Below, piece by piece: positions 56,305 to 64,000 of a DNA stretch of 64,000 nt (position 1 is the stretch's first letter; each line of letters starts with the position of its first letter). This stretch comes from an uncultured Planctomycetota bacterium. GTDB taxonomy: Bacteria > Planctomycetota > Planctomycetia > Isosphaerales > Isosphaeraceae. The notes beneath the pieces are model-generated. The model was not told the origin of the DNA. It worked only from the letters and a program-made list of their open reading frames with translations, and did no database searches. The translations under genes were made by a program, and so were the position numbers. The stretch spans positions 256,001 through 320,000 of the forward strand of contig CAWGMQ010000005.1 of the NCBI GenBank assembly GCA_963823665.1. Direction: 5' to 3'.

Positions 56305-57906
56305 ATGGTAACCCGGCACCTGAGCCAGTTGCTCGAACAAGCGGCCGCCGCGCGGCCCGACCACACCGCCGTTCTGGACCAGAACGGCCGCTGTTTGAGC
56401 TACGCCGAGCTCGAGCGCGCCTCCGCCGCGCTCTCCATCCAGCTCACCCGCTGGGGCATCGACCGCGGAGATCGCGTCGGCCTCTGGCTTCCCAAGAGTC
56501 TTGAAGCCGTTACTGCGATTCACGGCATCCTCCGCTCGGGAGCAGCATACGTACCGGTCGATCCCACGGGGCCTGCCATCCGTGCCGCCGCGATCCTCGC
56601 CGCAAGCGACGCAAAGGCCGCCGTGATCTCGGCCACGCTGGTGCCGTCTTTTCGCGCGGCCTGGCCGAGCGCCAAGCCCTTCCCACGGTTGATCGTCGTC
56701 CAGGATGAGTGCGGCGCCGCGGCAGGTGCCATCGGAGCAGAAGACGCTCCCTATAGCGAAGTTGTCTCCGAGCGGCCATCGGCATCGAGCGCCGCCTCGC
56801 GCGACCGCGACGGCGACGACCTCGCCTACATCCTCTTCACGTCGGGATCGACGGGCGTGCCCAAGGGCGTGATGCTCTCACACGTGAATGCATTTACATT
56901 TATTGACTGGTGCTCGAGTGCGCTTGGGCCGTGGCTCTCGGGCGATCGCTTCGCGTCGCATGCCCCGTTCCAGTTCGACCTCTCGATATTCGACCTCTTC
57001 GTTGCTTGCCAGGCAGCCGCGACGCTCGTGCTCCTGGGTGAGTCACTGGGAAAAGATCCCGCCGCACTGGGCGATTTCATCGCCCAGGCGAAAATCAGCG
57101 TCTGGTACTCGGCTCCCACAATTCTTGCACTCCTGGCGCAGCAAGGGCGGCTCGATCGCCCGGGCATGCACTCGCCGCGGCTGGTGCTTTTTGCGGGCGA
57201 GGTCTTTCCGATTGCAGCGCTCAAGCAGCTTCGCGGGCTCTGGCCGGAAGCCTCGCTCTGGAACCTCTACGGCCCGACCGAGACCAACGTGTGCACCGCG
57301 TACCCCATACCTGCGACGATTCCGGCCGATCGCACGGTTCCCTTCCCGATCGGCAGGGTCTGCCCGCCACTTGAGGCGCGGGTGGTTGACGAGCAGGGCC
57401 GCGACGTGGCTCCGGGCTCGCTGGGCGAGCTCGTGATTGCCGGACCGGGCGTGATGCGCGGTTACTTCGGCCAGCCGGAGCTCACGTCGGCCGTCTTTTT
57501 CACATATGGCAAGACCCGCTGGTATCGCACCGGCGATCTTGTATGCGACGACGGGGGCGGGTGTTTCCTCTTCCACGGCCGGCGCGACCGGATGGTGAAG
57601 AAGCGAGGCTACCGGATCGAGCTCGGCGAGATCGAGTCGGCGCTCTACCGGCACGACGGAGTCGATCGCGCCGGAGTGGTTGCCCAGGCCGACGAGGTTG
57701 GCATCTCGATCGCCGCGTTTGTCGCGCTCAAGCCCGATCAGAAGAAGTCGATCATTGCCATGAAACGCCATTGCATGAGCTATCTGCCAGCTTACATGAT
57801 TCCGGATACGTTCACCTTTCTGGACGATCTGCCGAGAACCTCGACCGACAAGGTTGATTACCAGCGATTGAGATCCTTGGCTGCCCTGGAAGGACTACGC
57901 CCGTGA
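56305..57906 (+). CDS. Stand-alone amino-acid adenylation enzyme (NRPS A-domain; DltA/PltF-like)
   Basis: LAYILFTSGSTGVPKG, FDLS, FAGE, NLYGPTE, YRTGD, RGYRIELGEIE, LPRTSTDKVD. Confidence 0.93.
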   Translation: MVTRHLSQLLEQAAAARPDHTAVLDQNGRCLSYAELERASAALSIQLTRWGIDRGDRVGLWLPKSLEAVTAIHGILRSGAAYVPVDPTGPAIRAAAILAASDAKAAVISATLVPSFRAAWPSAKPFPRLIVVQDECGAAAGAIGAEDAPYSEVVSERPSASSAASRDRDGDDLAYILFTSGSTGVPKGVMLSHVNAFTFIDWCSSALGPWLSGDRFASHAPFQFDLSIFDLFVACQAAATLVLLGESLGKDPAALGDFIAQAKISVWYSAPTILALLAQQGRLDRPGMHSPRLVLFAGEVFPIAALKQLRGLWPEASLWNLYGPTETNVCTAYPIPATIPADRTVPFPIGRVCPPLEARVVDEQGRDVAPGSLGELVIAGPGVMRGYFGQPELTSAVFFTYGKTRWYRTGDLVCDDGGGCFLFHGRRDRMVKKRGYRIELGEIESALYRHDGVDRAGVVAQADEVGISIAAFVALKPDQKKSIIAMKRHCMSYLPAYMIPDTFTFLDDLPRTSTDKVDYQRLRSLAALEGLRP

Positions 57907-58912
57907 GGCGATTCGACACGCCGCAAAAACGACGACTCTCGCTGAGCACGACGCGGATGCGCCACGTGTTCTCGTGGAAGTTCGTTTTTTACGACCTGCT
58001 CCTGCCCGCGCTGCGAATGCTGGGCGCGACACGCGGCGACGCGATCCTCGGTTTGCTGGGACGGCTGGTCATGGCCGTTCGGCCACGGCGCCGTAGGGAG
58101 TCTGCGCCTCGCTCAAGCGAGTGAAGCGTGCGCTCGACGCCGAGTGGTCGATCGAGACGACCTGGCCGGCGCTGGCAGCCAACACCGCCAGGTTCCTGGC
58201 CCGCGACTATCCGCTCGATCGGCAGACCGACGAAGCTGTCTTGCGCCGATTTGACGTGTGCGGCTACGAGCGGTTAAGCGCGACGCTTGCTGACGGACGA
58301 GGCGCGATCCTGGTCGGCAGCCATCTTGGAGCCCACATCGCCGGCGTGCACTGGCTGTTTCGCCGCGGTGTTGCCGTGAGGCTCCTGGTTCAACGTCCCA
58401 GGCACGTTTCGGGCGAGCTGAATCGGCGGTTCGACGCCGGCGGGCGACACCCCCAAGCCGAGATGTTCCTGCGCCGCGATCTGTCCCGGGCGGTGGCCGT
58501 CGAGCGCGTCTTCCGGGCCCGGGCCGCGCTGCGCGATGGCATGGCGATCTACCTGAACGGCGACATCCCCTGGAACGGCCCCAATACCTGCGCCGGCAGG
58601 CTGCTGGGCCGTCCTCAACGCTTTCTCGCCATCTGGACCGAGCTGGCCGTTTTAACAAGTGCGCCGGTTTTCCTCGTGTTCTGCACGCATTTGCCCGGTG
58701 GCCGGTTCGCGCTCGAGCTCGAAGCCATCGGCCACTTACACGCCGGCGAGGAGGAATCGGCCGTCGCCGACTACCTGAAGCAACTCGAAGCGCGCATCGA
58801 GGCCTCACCCGTCGACGCGGTCGCCCACCTGGGCTGGCCATGTTACGTCTCGCCCCCGGCACCCGGCCACCGGCCGTCGAGGCGCAGGTCGTCCATAGCG
58901 AGCCGGCGCTGA
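57903..58912 (+). CDS. LpxL/HtrB-like (lipid A/lysophospholipid) acyltransferase; frameshift near 58100
   Basis: GYERL...GRGAILVGSHLG, ALRDG.AIYLNGD, LLGRP, LEARIEASP. Confidence 0.75.
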
Positions 58913-59068
58913 AACGCATCGCACGATGACGAGTATGAGGCGAGTGGCACGTGGCACTGGATTTGTGGTATGCCCGGTTGCGTCGCCGTTCCGGATTCGC
59001 GGAACGCCAGTTAGCTCGCGCGGTCATCTTTCTTCTGAAGAAACCGCGTAGCCTGTCCTACAAACAAA

Positions 59069-59778
59069 GTGTCCGACAATTTGGGCTCTTACGCCGGGAA
59101 CTTTTTTTTCACACGTCCAAGGCGTCGCGAATTGACGGCCGCTGATGACCTTCTGTACTCCGATGGATTTGCTTTCCTGCTAGCCTGTTGCTTGGATCGC
59201 GGGATGCAATCAGAAATCATCGGGAGGATTCCTTATTACCTGAAAAGGGAGCTCGGTCACCTTGACCCTGTGCGGATCGCCGAGATGTCATTAGAGGTGA
59301 TTCGAAACGCTCTGGAACGATTGCCGCAGAAACCGAGATACATGCATGAGGCTCCGAACACGGTTTCAGAACTGGCGGAGATCATTGCACGAGATTTCGG
59401 GGGCAGGCCAGAATCGCTCTGGGAAGGGCGCTCGCCCCGAGACATCATTCGTACGCTCCGGAGAATACGAGGCGTGGACACGATCGCGAACATGACGGTG
59501 AACCTATTACATCGCTATCTCGACGTGGAGTTTCGCCTCGAGGACCTATGCCACATCGACGTCAAGCCTGACGTGCATGTCGAACGCGTCTTCTATCGAA
59601 CGGGCCTGATGGATCGTGCCGGCCGATCAGTTGAGGCCGCGCGCAACTGAATCAATCGTATCCGGCGGCTCTTGATCTCGGGAGTTGGGAAATCGGGCGT
59701 CGCTGGTGCGCTGCGATCAACCCAGATCATGAGCGGTGCCCGTTGTCTGCAATCTGTCCTCGCAAGAACACAAGTTGA
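59069..59778 (+). pseudogene. HhH-GPD/endonuclease III-related protein, probably 5'-truncated, frameshift near 59640
   Basis: LRRIRGV..IANM (HhH), KPDVHVERVFYRTGL; the shifted frame gives LDLGSWEIGRRWCAAINPDHERCPLSAIC (Fe-S loop). Confidence 0.7.
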
Positions 59779-59902
59779 ACTTGGAGTCGATGCTTTTCCA
59801 CAGGCCCGCGTGCCTTTTGCGTCGTTCGCGAGCTTCGCCCCTCAGTTGAGTCGTTTGCGTCTTTTGACAGATTGTTTAGATCAACGTCGCTGAAACCTGC
59901 TC

Positions 59903-59940
59903 TTGACCCATTACCGTCCATCTTGTATTATATTACAAGA
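59903..59940 (+). promoter_or_regulatory. Sigma70 promoter overlapped by an operator palindrome (toxin-antitoxin autoregulation)
   Basis: TTGACC (59903-08), 17 nt, TATTAT (59926-31); TCTTGTA-N6-TACAAGA at 59921-59940. Confidence 0.75.
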
Positions 59941-59959
59941 CTCGGGGGGGGGGACGGTC

Positions 59960-60250
59960 ATGGGCCGAGTGGCTTTCATTTGGGACCTCGAAGATGACGT
60001 GGAGGGGAATTACTGGCACATCTGCGTCGAAGGCCATGGTGTCACCCGCGAAGAGGTCGTGTCGGGGAATTACGAAACTGCGACGCAGAGCCGGAGCAGT
60101 GGTCAGCCTGTGGCGTTCGGCTGAACGGCAGGCGGCAAGTACCTGACGGTCGTCTTTGAGTGGGTGTCCGACGACCCTTTCACCGTCTACCCGATAACGG
60201 CCTACGAAGTCCCGCCGCCCGGTCCCAGAAAACCGAGGAGAAAGCGATGA
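59960..60250 (+). pseudogene. BrnT-like type II toxin with internal TGA at 60122-24
   Basis: FIWD...N..HI..HGVTREEV, SRSSG..VAFG*T..GKYLTVVFE...VYPITAY; the frame continues to a stop overlapping the antitoxin ATG. Confidence 0.7.
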
Positions 60251-60684
60251 GCAACAGTAATGACAAAGGGGATAAGGATCGACCCAAGATCCAATGGAAC
60301 GCCGAGGATCGGGCCCGCCACCGAGCTACGCGTGACATGTTCCGAAACTGGCATCCTTCTCCCGAAGAATTGATCGCGAGCGGCGAGGGGGCGAGTTTCG
60401 ACATCCACGGCGAGTATCGCGAATTGCGCCCATTCATCGAGGAGATCAAGCGGGCTCGCGAGGCGGCGGGACTCACCCTGGCTGAGGTGTCCCGGCGATG
60501 TGGCATCGACCAGCCAGCGCTCTCCCGCCTGGAGAATGGACACAACAAGAATCCGACGCTCGACACGTTGTGGCGTTATGGCGCCGCGGTCGGCCGCCGC
60601 TTGGTCCTGAGCACTAAACCGATCCGCGACACGCGGCCAACGTTAGGCGGGACCAAGCGCATCCGAGTGGCACGAGAGACATAG
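60247..60684 (+). CDS. XRE-family HTH antitoxin/regulator
   Basis: IKRAREAAGLTLAEVSRRCGIDQPALSRLENG.NKNPTLDTL. Confidence 0.88.
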   Translation: MSNSNDKGDKDRPKIQWNAEDRARHRATRDMFRNWHPSPEELIASGEGASFDIHGEYRELRPFIEEIKRAREAAGLTLAEVSRRCGIDQPALSRLENGHNKNPTLDTLWRYGAAVGRRLVLSTKPIRDTRPTLGGTKRIRVARET

Positions 60685-60879
60685 CGATTGGTCTCGCGCC
60701 AGATGGTGTGGTTCGGGCCGACTTTTCGGCAACGTTCTCGCAAAGCGGCAGAGCCGCAAGGGCGAAGATCGGGGGACAGAGTCCCCTCCAAAAGGCACGA
60801 CGTCGCCCGTTCGTGTAGGAGCCGGCTCCGTCCGGCGATCCGAGACGCGCGCGGCGAAGACATCAGACGGTCGAAGACT

Positions 60880-62778
60880 CTACGGCTCTCCGTTCATCCT
60901 CTCCGGAATTCGGTGCGATGTCGATAGTGGCGGGGGCAAGGGCCAACCGGGTATGCCGGCATCGGCCGGGGCTCGCCCTGCTCGGATCGCCGCGGCGGCT
61001 CGCCGATATTCCGAAGCACGCTCGTTGCGGAACTTGGGATCGTAACGGACATAAGCGGCGGCGCGGAAGAACCCGGCGTCTCGCGACGCAATCTGCGCCC
61101 ACCGCTTCGCGTCGATGCCGAAATGGCGAGCACACATCTCGGCGGTGACCACCGGTACCGGCGTTCCCGCCGGCCACGAAAAGGCGCGGCGCCCGGCGAG
61201 TTGATTCATCAGGTCCTCGGCCAGCGCGGCGTAGCCCTGAAGATTGGGATGCTGGGCATCGTGGAAGAACTGGCCGCCAACGATCCCGTGCCGGCTTCTC
61301 GACTCGAGCACTTTCGGCCCGTCGACCAGGACCACCGAAGGGTGCCTCGCCGCGACGTTACGATACGCCTGCCGAAGCGGCTCCGGACAACGCAGAGGCA
61401 TTCCATCATGCTCTCGCGCTTTGATGTAGTGCTCCCTGGCTTCGTCCCAGAGCCCGGTTTGCTCGAGGAGCCTGGCGAGACGGTAGTGTGTCTCGGCGAA
61501 CTCGGGATGGCGGTTCACCAGCTCGCGGTAGATCCGCCGCGCTGCGGCGGGTTCTTTCTCTTCAACCGCTCGGGCGTGGGCGACTTCTCTGGCAAAAGCG
61601 TCGCGCTCGGCCCGAGGCGTCTCCGGCGCCAGTACCGAGCGGCTCGGATCGAAGCCGGCATCATTGCCGGGCGGGATGACGTAAATCGGCAGGGTCCCGA
61701 TCGACTCGCAGTAAACGGCGATCGATTCCAGCCGGCGCTCGAAGTCGTCGGTGATCGCCTGGAATTCGGCGGCGGTGCAGACAGGGCGATCGACCAGCTC
61801 CCGCGTGACAACGCGCGGCGGCAGCGAGTCGAGCCGTTGCCGCTCGCGGGTCTCGCCAAGCAATTGCAAGAGTGGCGAGAACTCGAGAATGGAAGCGATT
61901 CCCGACAGGCGGGCGACGCGCAGCGGCACCGGGTCGTCGTCGAGATAGTGCGCGACGTCTCGCATCCAGGCGTAGCGCCCCTGGAATTCGTTGTGCCCGA
62001 CGTACACCATCAGGGCGTCCGGACGATAGTTCAGCCCGTCGAGTTTCTGGTGCATCATCGTGAGGGTCGCCCCGCCCTCGGCCCACATATCGACTTCAAT
62101 CGCGCTGCCCGGAAAGACTTTCTCCATGCGCCATGCAATGATCTGAGCGACCGAGAGCCAGGGGTGGTAAGGCTCGCCGCGGGCGCTCGACTCGCCGATC
62201 ACGAGCATTCGCAACGGCCGAGCCGCGCCGTTCGAGTTCGCTTCTCGGCCCTGGAATCGGCTCGGTAGCGCGGGAGTTGTTCCCTCGGAACCGAGCCGAT
62301 CACCCTCACCGGCTGGTTCAGGCAGCACGGCGACCGCCGGCAGATCGGGGCTCCGGTTCAGCCGCGCCCGCCAGCCAGCGGCGCCGGCCTCGAAAAGGCC
62401 GAGTGCAAGCAATGTCGAGCAGCAAAGCAAAAGCAGCCTAGCCTGCAAGAAGCTCTTCCGCCCATCCGGACGCGCAGACCTCTGCCTCGCAGATCGAGTT
62501 CGCGCTCTCAGAGCGACCAGCACGAGCGCACCCAGGAACGCCACGATCAGCGTGAGAGGATAAGCGATCAAAAGCGCGTCAACGAAAAAGATAGCCGCCT
62601 GTCTGCGCAGCAGTGCCGTCTCGCGACCGGAGACAACCTGAATCCAGCCCGGCACGAGCTGGAACGCAGCATAACCAGCCACGCCAAGCGCGATGAAAAG
62701 GAGTAAGCGAATCGCACGACGCAGAGTGAAACGACGAGCGGAACTGGGCGAATTGGAGATTTCTGGGTCCGACATCAC
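60880..62778 (-). CDS. Membrane-anchored SGNH-like protein with TPR insertion
   Basis: Three N-terminal TM; VIGESSARG, YVGHNEF, TPR AETHYRLARLL, HDAQHPNLQGY. Confidence 0.8.
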   Translation of the reverse strand: MMSDPEISNSPSSARRFTLRRAIRLLLFIALGVAGYAAFQLVPGWIQVVSGRETALLRRQAAIFFVDALLIAYPLTLIVAFLGALVLVALRARTRSARQRSARPDGRKSFLQARLLLLCCSTLLALGLFEAGAAGWRARLNRSPDLPAVAVLPEPAGEGDRLGSEGTTPALPSRFQGREANSNGAARPLRMLVIGESSARGEPYHPWLSVAQIIAWRMEKVFPGSAIEVDMWAEGGATLTMMHQKLDGLNYRPDALMVYVGHNEFQGRYAWMRDVAHYLDDDPVPLRVARLSGIASILEFSPLLQLLGETRERQRLDSLPPRVVTRELVDRPVCTAAEFQAITDDFERRLESIAVYCESIGTLPIYVIPPGNDAGFDPSRSVLAPETPRAERDAFAREVAHARAVEEKEPAAARRIYRELVNRHPEFAETHYRLARLLEQTGLWDEAREHYIKAREHDGMPLRCPEPLRQAYRNVAARHPSVVLVDGPKVLESRSRHGIVGGQFFHDAQHPNLQGYAALAEDLMNQLAGRRAFSWPAGTPVPVVTAEMCARHFGIDAKRWAQIASRDAGFFRAAAYVRYDPKFRNERASEYRRAAAAIRAGRAPADAGIPGWPLPPPLSTSHRIPERMNGEP

Positions 62779-62849
62779 ACCACCTGAGCTGCGCGACGGG
62801 CCCAGATCACCGAAATCGGAACTGCCCCATCACCCGGGCTAGCGGGCGT

Positions 62850-63578
62850 TCAGACCGTGCCTGTTCGCTCCAGTCGCGCCACGAAGTCGGCGTGCTCGGG
62901 CGACTTCAAGCCCTGCTCGAGGACCGACTTGACCAATGCGATCTCCCCCTTCACCAAGGCCGCGGGATCGAGCCAGAGCCCGGGAAACACCGTGCTGCGC
63001 AAGACGCCGTCGGCTGAGGGCGCCAGTCGCTCAAAGCTCCCCTCGCGGTTGACGAACCAGTCAACCTCACGGTCACGCACCCGCCACACGATGTATTCGC
63101 GCACGCCGCAGCGCCGGTAGACGTTCAACTTCTTTCCCAGGTCGTAACTGACGCTGCTCGAGGTGATCTCGGCGACAAGCTCCGGCGCTCCTTCGATGTA
63201 ATCGTCCGCAGAGATCCTGGCTTGTCCGCCTCGCTCGGGCCGGATGATCAGGAAGGAGTCGGGCTGTGGTTCGTTATCGACGTCGAGACGAATGCTGCCG
63301 TTGTCACCGCCCTCCACACCCGGAGTTTCGATGTGATAGATCCCCAACAACGTGCCGAATAGCGAATGTGGGTAACTGTGCTGGCCGTATCGGACTGCTG
63401 AGGGCATGAATACCTCGCCATCGATCAATTCAGCCTTCTTGAGCTGCGGCATCGCATCCCAGCGTCGCTCAAACTCGGCGCGCGTTAGCCGGTCGCCGTT
63501 CTCGAGCGGCGGGATGGCACCGTTGCCTGGGTCATCAATCTGCTCGCCAGGCTTTGATGGTTGGGTCGAGACGGCCAT
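62850..63578 (-). CDS. Uma2 family endonuclease
   Basis: LENGDRLTRAEF, AELIDG, EPQPD, APELVAEI, KLNVY...GVREY, FPGLWLD. Confidence 0.93.
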   Translation of the reverse strand: MAVSTQPSKPGEQIDDPGNGAIPPLENGDRLTRAEFERRWDAMPQLKKAELIDGEVFMPSAVRYGQHSYPHSLFGTLLGIYHIETPGVEGGDNGSIRLDVDNEPQPDSFLIIRPERGGQARISADDYIEGAPELVAEITSSSVSYDLGKKLNVYRRCGVREYIVWRVRDREVDWFVNREGSFERLAPSADGVLRSTVFPGLWLDPAALVKGEIALVKSVLEQGLKSPEHADFVARLERTGTV

Positions 63579-63742
63579 GGTGAAGCCCTCCATCGGTCGA
63601 CATTTGACTTGCGGCTCTTCCTCAGCCATCATACGCGATTCTTCCTATCGCGGGGAGGAATTTCGTCGCCCGACGATTATACTGAGGACTCGCGTTTCAT
63701 CACTTACGGCCTCGCTCAACACTCTGGTTCCGATTGCCCCGC

Positions 63743-64000
63743 ATGCCCCGACTCAAAATCTCCCAGGCGGAAGATCCTTTTGCTCCGGTCTTTCTGACGG
63801 TGGCCGAGCTCACCGAGCGGATCAAACGGTCGCTCGAGAACGACTTCTCTGAAGTCGCCCTCCACGGCGAAGTGTCCAATGTCACCCGCCCGCGGTCGGG
63901 ACATATTTATTTCACGATCAAGGATGATTCCGCGTCGATTCGTGCGGTCATCTGGAAGAACGACGCGCGGCGCGTCACGTTTGATCTCACCGACGGGCTC
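63743..64000 (+). CDS. xseA: Exodeoxyribonuclease VII large subunit, N-terminal OB fold; runs off window
   Basis: Hand translation: LTVAELTERIKRSLE..F..V.LHGEVSN....SGHIYFTIKD..ASIRAVIW. Confidence 0.9.
   Translation, partial: MPRLKISQAEDPFAPVFLTVAELTERIKRSLENDFSEVALHGEVSNVTRPRSGHIYFTIKDDSASIRAVIWKNDARRVTFDLTDGL

Noticed and set aside
56305..57906. Calling the gene dltA, or part of an NRPS cluster
   Set aside because: It lacks the FCGE D-Ala determinant, and no condensation, PCP or thioesterase domains are in the window
60122..60124. Selenocysteine or TGA recoding in the toxin gene
   Set aside because: TGA serves as the normal stop throughout the window and no SECIS-like hairpin was recognised; a nonsense mutation or base error is simpler

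Overview
GC-rich bacterial DNA whose gene families (DUF1549/DUF1553 cytochrome-c proteins paired with DUF1501, TPR-bearing Ser/Thr kinases, 'LExRxLLS' secreted proteins, a dockerin, PEP-CTERM, Uma2, an M56-thioredoxin fusion) point to Planctomycetota, probably Isosphaeraceae-like. About 20 otherwise intact genes carry single-base frameshifts, most likely long-read indel errors, so many CDS calls join several ORFs from the track. In order, the window holds: a mosaic kinase pseudogene ending at an atypical tRNA-Leu(CAA)-like cloverleaf; a DUF1553/DUF1501 pair; a GH67 alpha-glucuronidase/glucarate-dehydratase-like/ExuT operon; small membrane genes; an ECF/zinc anti-sigma pair; Cax and KimA-like transporters; a second DUF1553/DUF1501 pair; a BlaI/BlaR1-TlpA module; a second kinase; an RRM protein; an ArnT-like transferase; an MBOAT-SGNH-SGNH-adenylation-LpxL-like operon; a decayed HhH-GPD/toxin-antitoxin islet; an SGNH-TPR gene; Uma2; and the start of xseA. 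The best candidate for an undescribed system is the MBOAT operon: it is Dlt/AlgI-like, but its stand-alone adenylation enzyme has a proline-type rather than D-Ala pocket, and a possible structured RNA leader precedes it. All assignments come from motif recognition by eye; no searches were run.
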